From assembly GCA_945889445.1 (NCBI GenBank), contig CAMDBX010000002.1:2041-66040 (forward strand): 64,000 nt of DNA. The letters run 5' to 3'. Shown one piece after another: positions 10,046 to 18,095 of this stretch. This stretch comes from Rhizobium sp. Q54. GTDB lineage: Bacteria > Pseudomonadota > Alphaproteobacteria > Rhizobiales > Aestuariivirgaceae. Position numbers and translations under genes: made by a program. The notes under the pieces are model-generated. The model was not told where the DNA came from. It did no database searches and saw only the letters and a list, made by a program, of their open reading frames with translations. Numbering within the stretch: position 1 is the first letter of the stretch; every line of letters starts with the position of its first letter.

Positions 10046-10284
10046 CGGCCCCATTGAGCAACGCTCTCGCTCCTGGTCAAGCCCGCATCGGCTGCTTGCC
10101 AGGAGGCCATGCTGGCAATTCTACCATATTGCAGCTTCCAGCGTCTCCGGAGAATTCTGCAACCAGACGCAACACAACCGATTCGGAAGCAGCGGAGATT
10201 AATGTGAGACGGACTGAACGTGACGAGCGGCCTCTTCCCCTCTCCGATGCCCCAACGACTTCAAGCATTTACTGTCTTACCGCG

Positions 10285-10485
10285 ATGGTGGCGGACGAGG
10301 CCTCGCAGGCCGGCTTCCGTGACTTTGCCAAGGCGATCGAGGCCGCCCTCGGCGGATTTCTGGCTGCCTTGCCCCCTGATCAGCAGGAAAACGCCCTGCG
10401 ATTATCTTATGAAATCGCTTTAGGCTGCGGGGATGATGGCGAGGAACCTGCCCCGCCCCGCCTTCGTCTGGTCTATTCGCGCTAG
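10285..10485 (+). CDS. Possible small hypothetical protein (66 aa)
   Basis: Only the 3' third of the 143-aa track ORF (10054-10485) has GC-rich third codon positions like neighbouring genes (MVADEASQAGFRDFAKAIEAALGG...). No recognisable family and no clear SD. Confidence 0.25.
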   Translation: MVADEASQAGFRDFAKAIEAALGGFLAALPPDQQENALRLSYEIALGCGDDGEEPAPPRLRLVYSR

Positions 10486-12004
10486 AAGTCGGTTTTTTCG
10501 CCGCCCTCGCTGATCCGGCGGGCCACGAAGGCGTCGATCTGTTCGAGGGCTGCGGGGTCCAGCCAGGGTTCGCGATATTCACCCAATGCCTGCTTCCACA
10601 GAGCATTGGCTTTTTTCTCGGCAGTGGGCGATCCGGCTGCCTGCCAGCTCTGGAATTTGCGCCAATCCGAGATCAGCGGCTGGTAAAAGGCTGTCGAATA
10701 GCGCTCGAGTGTTTGCTGCGCGCCGAAGAAATGGCCACCCGGCCCCACCTCCATCATGGCATCGAACGCCATCTCGGCGTCATCCACCACCACGGGCTTG
10801 AGGAATTCCTGCATCATCTGCAGCAGGTCAACGTCAAGGGCGAACTTCTCGTAGGAGGCGACGAGGCCGCCCTCCAGCCAGCCTGCCGCATGCTGGATGA
10901 TGTTGCCGCCACCCATGATGGCGCCCCACAGCGAGAACACCGTCTCTTAGCCGCCTGCGCATCCACGCTGTTGGCAGCATTGGTGCTGGAGGTACGGTAG
11001 GGCAACTTGTAGCGCCGCGCCAGTTGCCCACCGATGACGCAGGCCTTCATGTATTCCGGCGTACCGAAGGCGGGCGCTCCTGACTTCATGTCGACGTTGG
11101 ATGTGAAGCCGCCATAGACAAAGGGTGCGCCAGGCCTGACGAGCTGCGACAGGGCGAGCCCCGCCAGCGCCTCGGCATTCTGTTCCACCATGCCACCCGC
11201 GATCGACACGGGCGCCATGGCGCCGAGCAGCGTGAAGGGCGTTACCACCACAATCTGGTTCAGCCGCGCCATCTCGATGATGCCCATCGCCATCGGCATG
11301 TCGAGCTTCAGCGGCGAATTGGTGTTGATCACCGTATAGACGGAGGGCTCGGCCAGCAGCTGCTCATGGCTGATGCCGCGCGCCAGCCTGACGATCTCGA
11401 CGCCGTCGAACAGACGGGCCCGGCCCGTCGCATACACAAAGGAAACCTTGTCCGAATACACCATCTTGTTGCGCGTGATGTGCAGGTGCCGCACCGAGGC
11501 ATGAACGTCAAGCGCATCGACGGATGCACCGCCCGCCGTGTGCACGGTGTTGAAGAACTGCGAAAGCTTCACGAAGTTGCCCGCATCCTCGAGCGTGCCG
11601 GGGCGCCGACCCCTGTCGAGGTCTGAGCAGTTGGGCGGGCCGCCCACCGGCGCGAAGGCGATCCAGTTGCCACCCACCCGAATGTTGTGGGCCGGGTTGC
11701 GCGCATGGAAGGTGAACTGGGCGGGTGGCGTCTTCAGCGCCTGCTCGGCGATGTCGCGTCCAATCCGGACGCGGTCGCCATCGACCAGCGCTCCAGCCTT
11801 CTGCAAGATGTCGCGGGCCTCGGGCAGCAGCACATCCATGCCGATCACCTCGAGAACCTTCATCGACTGGCGATGGATGGCCTCGATCTGGTCGTCGGAC
11901 AGGATGCGCGTAGGCTCCAGCGTGTGCTGGGGCTGCTTCCAAGGCAATTGCTGGATCGGGGTGTGCGCGGCGTCGGCCCGGCGGCCACGACGCTGGACGT
12001 TCAC
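10482..12004 (-). pseudogene. MttB-superfamily (COG5598) methyltransferase paralog, disrupted by a 1-nt frameshift near 10945
   Basis: Track ORFs 10814-12274 (N-part) and 10482-10940 (C-part) are colinear with the intact paralog at 13842-15404. The GTG start at 12004 overlaps the psuG stop (GTGA). Restoring one G in AAG-AG gives ...DAQAAKETVFSLWG..., compared with ...DAQAAYESVFSLWG... in the paralog. Confidence 0.85.
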
Positions 12005-12921
12005 GTAGCGCGACCGGCGAAGGCGACGGCAATGGCCGCTGCAATCTTCGCATTGTGTTTGACGAGGGCGATGTTGGCCGCAAGAGATCGGCCAGCCGTC
12101 ACGCCCGCGATCTCGGCCAGCAGGAAAGGGGTTGTCTCCTTGCCCATGATGCCATGCGCTTCCGCCTTCTTCACTGCGGCCTTGATGACCGGCGCGATTT
12201 CGGCAGCCGGAATCTCCGCTTCCGACGGAATGGGGTTGGCGACGACCACGCCGCCCTTCAGCCCCATCGCCCACTTGGCACGCATCACATCCGCCACCTC
12301 TGCGGGCGTGGCGCAGCTCATCGGCACCGCATGGCCGCTCTCCCGTGAGTAGAAGGCTGGAAATTCCGTCGTGCCCAGGCCAATCACCGGCACGCCCAGC
12401 GTCTCCAGCGTTTCGAGTGTGAGTGCGAGGTCGAGGATGGCCTTGGCGCCCGCCGTCACCACGGCCACGTCGCTCGCCGCGAATTCCATCATGTCGGCGG
12501 AGATATCGAAAGTCTTCTCTGCACCCCTGTGCACGCCACCGATTCCGCCGGTGGCAAAGACATGGATACCCGCCATCGCCGCGATGCGCATGGTGGAGGC
12601 AACCGTCGTCGCCCCGTCCAGCTTCTGCGCCACGATGAAGGGAAGGTCACGCACCGACACCTTGGCAATGGAACGGCCTTCGCGCCCGAAACGGTCCAAC
12701 TCCTCCGCCGTAAGCCCCACCTTCAGCACGCCGCCGATGATGGCGATGGTGGCGGGCACCCCACCGCCTTCGCGCACGATGTCTTCCACCGCGCGGGCCG
12801 TCTCCACGTTCTGCGGGTAGGGCATGCCATGCGCGATAATGGTCGATTCGAGCGCCACCACGGGGCGCACCTCATCGAGGGCGCGGCGGACCTCAGGCGT
12901 GAAGGACAAGGGATAGGCCAC
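12001..12921 (-). CDS. psuG: Pseudouridine-5'-phosphate glycosidase
   Basis: 306 aa. Motifs shared with E. coli YeiN as I recall it: VVALESTIIAHGMPYPQN, ATIAIIGG, GATTVASTM, FATGGIGGVHRGAE and TFDISADM. The GTG start lies 9 nt after the psuK stop, with GGAG between. Confidence 0.9.
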   Translation of the reverse strand: MAYPLSFTPEVRRALDEVRPVVALESTIIAHGMPYPQNVETARAVEDIVREGGGVPATIAIIGGVLKVGLTAEELDRFGREGRSIAKVSVRDLPFIVAQKLDGATTVASTMRIAAMAGIHVFATGGIGGVHRGAEKTFDISADMMEFAASDVAVVTAGAKAILDLALTLETLETLGVPVIGLGTTEFPAFYSRESGHAVPMSCATPAEVADVMRAKWAMGLKGGVVVANPIPSEAEIPAAEIAPVIKAAVKKAEAHGIMGKETTPFLLAEIAGVTAGRSLAANIALVKHNAKIAAAIAVAFAGRAT

Positions 12922-12930
12922 GTCGACTCC

Positions 12931-13842
12931 TCAGATGAACCCCGCAAGTTCAAGCAGACTATCACGGCTGAGGCCGGATGCCACCGACTGCGAGGAGGAC
13001 AGCTTGATCGCGGCGGCACATTGCCCGAGCTGAATGGATTGCGCGAGGCTTCTTCCATCGAGCAATCCGCAGACGAGACCGGCCACGGCTGCATCGCCCG
13101 CCCCTGTCACGTCGGCGATGGCGGGCACCCGCACCGGATCGATTGACATCACGTTCGCCCCGTCGGAGGCCAGCGCGCCCGCGCTGCCACGGTGTAGCAC
13201 GACATTGGCGAAGCCAAGCGCGTGAAGCCCGGCCAGTGCCACCACCCCGTCACCGCCTACAAGTGCCGCAAGCTGCTGTGCATTGGGGGTGATGGCGAAG
13301 ACAGGTGCCGCACGCGCAAAGGCAAGCAGCTTCTGCGCCTTCGGCACCGACACGGGCTCGATCAGCAGCCTGACGTTCCGTTCCGCCGAGAACCGGCAAA
13401 GCCAGGCAAGGCACGCCTGTGACAGGTTGCAGTCCGCCACCAGCATGTCGACCTCGGAAAAACTCTCCGCATGCAACGCAAGCTGTGCGGGCGTCAGCGT
13501 CTCCATGGCGCGCATGTCGTTGACGGCGCTGACCAGTTCGCCCGTTGCATCGAGGATCGCGAGATAGGAACCCGTGGGCTCGCTGACCGTGAGGGCCATC
13601 GAAAGATCGACCGCCGCATCGGCGCAGGCCCGCCGCAGCAGCTGCCCATTCGCATCATCGCCCAGCGCGGTGACGAGCGACACGGATATGCCGAGATAGG
13701 CCAGGTTCTCGGCAATGTTGCGGCCAACGCCACCCGCCGAGACTGTTACCTCGCCCGGGTTCGATATGGCGGCCACGAAGGATCCGCGCGCACGGCCCTT
13801 GATGTCGACGTTGGCACCGCCAATGACGATGACGCGCGGCAT
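12931..13842 (-). CDS. psuK: Pseudouridine kinase (PfkB/ribokinase family)
   Basis: The ATG at 13842 shares one base with the upstream MttB stop (TGATG). VIVIGGANVDIKG, GGVGRNIAENLAYLG, VNDMRAM and DVTGAGDA are colinear with E. coli YeiC as I recall it. The longer track ORF (to 14007) is an upstream extension inside the MttB gene. Confidence 0.85.
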   Translation of the reverse strand: MPRVIVIGGANVDIKGRARGSFVAAISNPGEVTVSAGGVGRNIAENLAYLGISVSLVTALGDDANGQLLRRACADAAVDLSMALTVSEPTGSYLAILDATGELVSAVNDMRAMETLTPAQLALHAESFSEVDMLVADCNLSQACLAWLCRFSAERNVRLLIEPVSVPKAQKLLAFARAAPVFAITPNAQQLAALVGGDGVVALAGLHALGFANVVLHRGSAGALASDGANVMSIDPVRVPAIADVTGAGDAAVAGLVCGLLDGRSLAQSIQLGQCAAAIKLSSSQSVASGLSRDSLLELAGFI

Positions 13843-15404
13843 CAGAAGTCGGTGGGCGCACCACCCTCGGCCTTGCGCTTCTCGACGAAGGCGTTGAGTT
13901 CGTCCCTGATCGCGGGATCGATGGCGGGCTCCTGATAATCCGCCAGCGCCTGCTTCCACACTGCATTGGCCTTCTGCCACGCCTCGGGCTTGCCCGCCGC
14001 GAGCCATTGCTGGTTGTTGCGCCAGTCGGAGACGATGGGCGAATAAAAGGCATTGGTATAGCGCGCCAGCGTGTGCTGCGCGCCGAAGAAGTGGCCGCCG
14101 GGGCCGACCTCGCGGATCGCCTCGACACCCAGCGCATCCTCGGTCGTTTCCAGCGGCTGCATGAACTCGCTCACCATCTGGATCAGGTCGCAGTCGAGAA
14201 TGAACTTCTCGAAGCTCGCAACGAGGCCACCTTCAAGCCAGCCTGCGCCATGCATGATCAGATTGCCGCCACCCATGGTGAGGCCCCACAGCGAAAACAC
14301 GCTCTCATATGCGGCCTGCGCATCCATGGTGTTGGCAGCACAGGTGTTCGACGTGCGGAACGGAACCCTGTAGCGCCGCGCCAACTGGCCGCCGACCACT
14401 GTGGCCTTCATGTATTCCGGCGTACCGAAGGCGGGTGCCCCCGATTTCATGTCGACGTTGGAGGTGAAGCCGCCATAGATCACCGGCGCACCCTTGCGCA
14501 CGAGCTGCGTGAAGGCGATGCCGGCAAGCGCCTCGGCGTTCTGCTCCACCAATGCACCCGCCATCGTGACAGGCGCCATGGCGCCCGCCAGCGTGAAGGG
14601 CGTGACGCAGACGATCTGGTTCCGCGATGACATCTCGAGAATGCCCTGCAGCATCGGCGTGTCGAGCTTCAACGGCGAGTTGGTGTTGATGATCGTGAAC
14701 AGAGATGGTTCCCGCTCCAGCTGCTCCTGGCTGATGCCGCGGCCGATGCGGGCGATCTCGATGCCGTCGCGGATACGCTCGCGGCCCAGTGAATAGGCGT
14801 GGAACGGCTTGTCCGTCAGCAGCACCATGTCGCGCAGTGCTTCGAGGTGGCGGATCGAGGCATGGATGTCGATTGGCTCCACCGGATATCCGGAAAGGAA
14901 CCCGATGCAGTTGAAATACTGGCCGAGCCTCAGGAAGTTCTTGTAGTCGTGATAGTTTCCGGTGCGGCGGCCACCGTCCATGTCAGAGGCGTTTGGCGGG
15001 CTCGCCACAGTGCCGAAGGTGATGGAATTGCCGCCTATGCGCTGGTCATTGTCCGGGTTGCGCGCGTGGAAGTTGAATTCAGAGGGTGCGCTGGAGATCA
15101 GTTCCTCGATCATCGCCGGGTCGAAGCGGACACGTTCGCCATCGACGCTCGCGCCCGCCTTTTTCAGCATGTCGCGCGCTTCAGGCAGCGTGAAATCCAT
15201 ACCGATTTCCGACAGAACCTTCAGCGAAGCGTGGTGGATCGCTTCAAGCTCATCGGAAGAGACGATCTCCATCGCCGGGAACAGCCGTTTCAGCTTGCGG
15301 CGCGGTAGCTGCGGAACGGGATTGCGCCCGCCGGCGCTCCCACCGCGGCGTCCGCCGCCCTCGCGGCGCGGTTTGCGGGTGCTATCGGATTCGATGTTCG
15401 TCAC
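13842..15404 (-). CDS. MttB-superfamily (non-pyrrolysine) methyltransferase, paralog 2
   Basis: 520-aa uninterrupted ORF, so no in-frame TAG. Family blocks: INTNSPLKLD, GGFTSNVDMKSGAPAFGTPEYMKA, DAQAAYES and GPGGHFFGAQHT. The GTG start lies 3 nt after the LysR stop. Confidence 0.9.
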   Translation of the reverse strand: MTNIESDSTRKPRREGGGRRGGSAGGRNPVPQLPRRKLKRLFPAMEIVSSDELEAIHHASLKVLSEIGMDFTLPEARDMLKKAGASVDGERVRFDPAMIEELISSAPSEFNFHARNPDNDQRIGGNSITFGTVASPPNASDMDGGRRTGNYHDYKNFLRLGQYFNCIGFLSGYPVEPIDIHASIRHLEALRDMVLLTDKPFHAYSLGRERIRDGIEIARIGRGISQEQLEREPSLFTIINTNSPLKLDTPMLQGILEMSSRNQIVCVTPFTLAGAMAPVTMAGALVEQNAEALAGIAFTQLVRKGAPVIYGGFTSNVDMKSGAPAFGTPEYMKATVVGGQLARRYRVPFRTSNTCAANTMDAQAAYESVFSLWGLTMGGGNLIMHGAGWLEGGLVASFEKFILDCDLIQMVSEFMQPLETTEDALGVEAIREVGPGGHFFGAQHTLARYTNAFYSPIVSDWRNNQQWLAAGKPEAWQKANAVWKQALADYQEPAIDPAIRDELNAFVEKRKAEGGAPTDF

Positions 15405-15407
15405 GGC

Positions 15408-16334
15408 TTACTTTCCTTTTTCGCGATAGGCTTCAAGCGCCGGGTCGGCAGCGATCTGCTTCACCAGCCAATCCTCGAAGCGCTTGATCTTGGGTTTCAT
15501 CCGATGCTCGGCATTGCAGGCGAAAAGCCAGTTGTGCCGGTGCTGAACCTTCAGGTCGAAGGGCTGAACCAGCCGCCCCGCCTTGATTTCCTCCGTGGCG
15601 AAGGGGCCGATGGTCATGGCCACGCCCCGCCCCTCGATTGCCGCTTCCTGCGCCAGGATGTAACTGTCGAAGGCCAGACGGTCCGAGAGCTTGATGCCGT
15701 CGACACCTGCTTCTTCGAGCCACAGGTGCCAGTCCTCCTCCGCCGTATAGACATAGAGCAGCTTGTGCTTCTTCAGGTCCTCTGGCGTCTTCAGCGCGTT
15801 GGGGCCCTTCAGCAGTTCCGGCGAGCAGATGGGCGTCAGCAACGACTTGAAAAGCGTGCGGTAGTAATGATCCGGCGTCCGGTTGCGGGCGAGGATCAGC
15901 CCGACGTCCACATTCTTCTCGTCGAAGTCCCAGTCGAAATAGGAGGTCGAGAGCCTGACCTTCATATCGGGGTAGCGCTTCTCGAAGTCATGCAGCCGGG
16001 GAATCAGCCACTTGAGCGCCACCGTCACATAAACCTGCAGGGTGAGTTCGTTGTCGGACGCCGAGGGCTTCAGCGCGCGGGTCTGCGCCTCGATCATGTC
16101 GAAGGCCTCGCGCACCGGCGGGAAATAGGTGTGGCCGGCCTGGGTCAGTTCGGCGCGCCGCGCATCGCGCCGGAACAATTGCACACCGAGGCGCTGCTCC
16201 AGCGACTTCACCTGGTGGCTCACCGCCGAGCGGGTAATGCCCAGTTCGCTGGCGGCAAGGCGAAAACTGCCCAGCCGGGCCGCCGCCTCGAAGGCGGTCA
16301 GTGCACGTAAAGGGGGCAGGTCGCGTCTGGCCAA
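15408..16334 (-). CDS. LysR-family transcriptional regulator (GcvA/AmpR-like)
   Basis: 308 aa. N-terminal wHTH LRALTAFEAAARLGSFRLAASELGITRSAVSHQVKSLE followed by a LysR substrate-binding domain. TTG start at 16334. Confidence 0.9.
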   Translation of the reverse strand: MARRDLPPLRALTAFEAAARLGSFRLAASELGITRSAVSHQVKSLEQRLGVQLFRRDARRAELTQAGHTYFPPVREAFDMIEAQTRALKPSASDNELTLQVYVTVALKWLIPRLHDFEKRYPDMKVRLSTSYFDWDFDEKNVDVGLILARNRTPDHYYRTLFKSLLTPICSPELLKGPNALKTPEDLKKHKLLYVYTAEEDWHLWLEEAGVDGIKLSDRLAFDSYILAQEAAIEGRGVAMTIGPFATEEIKAGRLVQPFDLKVQHRHNWLFACNAEHRMKPKIKRFEDWLVKQIAADPALEAYREKGK

Positions 16335-16516
16335 GATTCCTCACCACTGGTCTGGAGACCCCTTGTATCACCATGGAATTCAGGGCGTTAGGGGCCAAGG
16401 GGTGGAAAACCGCCTGTCTAATGGTGAAAAAAACTGACGCTACCTGGAAAAAGATAGGCCATTGAATCTCCACATCGAACCGGTGGATATAGGACCCAGA
16501 TCAGGAGTCTAAATCC

Positions 16517-18094
16517 ATGAGTGCTGTCGAAGACCTTTCCCGCCGCCGCGGTGGCCGCGAAGCCCGCAAGGCGATGCGTTCGCGCCCCATTCCCATGGCG
16601 GATGCCGCCGTGCGCCCCGGCATGGAGGGCGGCCAGTACAAGCCGCTCACCGACCACGAGATGCAGCGCATCCACGAGACCGCCCTCAAGCTGCTTGAAA
16701 CCGTAGGCCTCGCCCAGGCCATCCCGACCTGCGTCGACGCGATGACGGCGAAGGGCTGCTGGATCAACGAGCACGGCCGGTTGTGCATCCCGCGCGCCCT
16801 CGTCGAGGATACGCTGGCATCCTGCGCCCGCAACTTCGTGCTGCACGCGCGGGACCCCAAGCATGACATGCAGCCCTCGGGCAACAAGGTCTATTTCGGC
16901 ACCGCCGGTGCGGCCGTCCACATCGTCGAGCCGGAAACCCGCAGCTACCGCGAATCGCTGCTCGTCGATCTCTATGACGCGGGCCGCATCGTCGACAATT
17001 GCGAGCACATCCACTTCTACCAGCGCCCGGTCACGGCGCGTGACATGATCACCGGCCACGACCTCGACATCAACACCATGTACGCCTGCCTCGCCGGCAC
17101 CGAAAAGCACGTCGGCACCTCCATGGTCGAGCCGGGCCATGTGGATGAATGCCTGCAGATCCTGCACGTGCTTGCGGGTGGCGAAGACAAGTGGCGCGAG
17201 CGCCCCTTCGTGTCGCAGTCCAACTGCTTCGTCGTGCCGCCCATGAAGTTCGCCGAAGACGCCTGCCGCTGCCTTGAAGTCGCTGCCCGCGGCGGCATGC
17301 CGGTGCTGCTGCTGTCGGCCGCACAGGCCGGAGCGACATCGCCCGCAGCCCTTGCCGGCACCATCGTGCAGGCCGTATCGGAGTGCCTCGCCGGCCTCGT
17401 CTACATCAATTGCATCGTCCCCGGCGCCATCGCCATCTGGGGCCCGTGGCCGTTCGTGTCAGACCTTCGCACGGGGGCCATGTCGGGTGGTTCGGGCGAG
17501 CAGGCGCTCATCACATCGGGCTGCGCCCAGATGGGCCATTACTACAATCTCACCGTCGGCTCCGCCGCCGGCATGTGCGACTCGAAGCTCCCCGACATGC
17601 AGGCGGGCTACGAGAAGGGCGTCACCGCCGGCATCTCGGCGATGACCGGCATCAACATGCTCTACGAGTCCGCCGGCATGCACGCATCGCTGCTGGGCTT
17701 CTGCCTCGAGAGCCTGCTGATCGACAACGACATGCTGGGCTCCATCAACCGCAACGTCCGCGGCATCGAGGTCAATGAGGATACGCTCTCCCTCGAAGTC
17801 ATCGCCAATGTCTGCATCGAAGGCCCCGGCCACTACCTCGGCAACGAGCAGACGCTGGCGCTGATGCAGAAGGACTATGTCTACCCCTCCGTCTCCAACC
17901 GCATGAGCCCCAAGGAATGGAACGAGGCCGGCAAGCCCGACATCGTCGAGCGCGCGGCGGCACGGAAGCGCGAGATCCTGTCCACCTATTACCCGGACTA
18001 TATCCCGCGCCACATCGACGAGCAGATCCGCGCCAAACACGACATCAAGCTGCCGCGCAGCGTGATGGAACCGGGCGACCCGCGCTGGGCGTAA
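16517..18094 (+). CDS. MttB-superfamily (non-pyrrolysine) methyltransferase, paralog 3 (divergent)
   Basis: 525-aa uninterrupted ORF. GGMPVLLLSAAQAGATSP, DSKLPDMQAGYEKG and LLIDNDMLG are colinear with Methanosarcina MttB as I recall it. Met occupies the position that I align with pyrrolysine. Confidence 0.9.
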   Translation: MSAVEDLSRRRGGREARKAMRSRPIPMADAAVRPGMEGGQYKPLTDHEMQRIHETALKLLETVGLAQAIPTCVDAMTAKGCWINEHGRLCIPRALVEDTLASCARNFVLHARDPKHDMQPSGNKVYFGTAGAAVHIVEPETRSYRESLLVDLYDAGRIVDNCEHIHFYQRPVTARDMITGHDLDINTMYACLAGTEKHVGTSMVEPGHVDECLQILHVLAGGEDKWRERPFVSQSNCFVVPPMKFAEDACRCLEVAARGGMPVLLLSAAQAGATSPAALAGTIVQAVSECLAGLVYINCIVPGAIAIWGPWPFVSDLRTGAMSGGSGEQALITSGCAQMGHYYNLTVGSAAGMCDSKLPDMQAGYEKGVTAGISAMTGINMLYESAGMHASLLGFCLESLLIDNDMLGSINRNVRGIEVNEDTLSLEVIANVCIEGPGHYLGNEQTLALMQKDYVYPSVSNRMSPKEWNEAGKPDIVERAAARKREILSTYYPDYIPRHIDEQIRAKHDIKLPRSVMEPGDPRWA

Positions 18095-18095
18095 G

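Noticed and set aside
10940-10952. Possibility that the break in the MttB paralog is a pyrrolysine (UAG) codon or a programmed frameshift.
   Set aside because: The stop seen in the downstream frame is TAA, not TAG. The lesion is fully explained by loss of one G (AAGGAG to AAGAG). No slippery heptamer or obvious downstream stimulatory structure is present. By my recollected alignment to Methanosarcina MttB, the site is about 12 residues downstream of the Pyl position. The two intact paralogs are uninterrupted, with Thr or Met at the aligned position.
11042-11118. A 77-nt stretch about 94 percent identical between the two MttB paralogs (11042-11118 versus 14403-14479, first 33 nt identical), as a sign of recent gene conversion or a recombination hotspot flanking psuKG.
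   Set aside because: The stretch encodes the most conserved family block (GGFTSNVDMKSGAPAFGTPEYMKA). All differences are synonymous third-position changes, and strong GC3 codon bias limits synonymous choice. Purifying selection therefore suffices, and elsewhere the paralogs diverge normally.
16335-16516. Cobalamin riboswitch upstream of mttB3, and likewise in 21494-21654 upstream of the corrinoid gene. Fragments such as CCACTGGTCTGGAGACC, GGTGGAAAACCGCC and (minus strand near 21650) GGTGAAAAATCCGG resemble pieces of the B12 element.
   Set aside because: The pieces are in the wrong order and spacing for the RF00174 architecture, in which the GGTG..AA..CC core must precede GCCACTG and the B12 box. 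No complete B12 box or P1 pairing could be assembled by eye. The GGTCT-gg-AGACC piece is better read as a short protein-binding palindrome. An Infernal scan would settle it.
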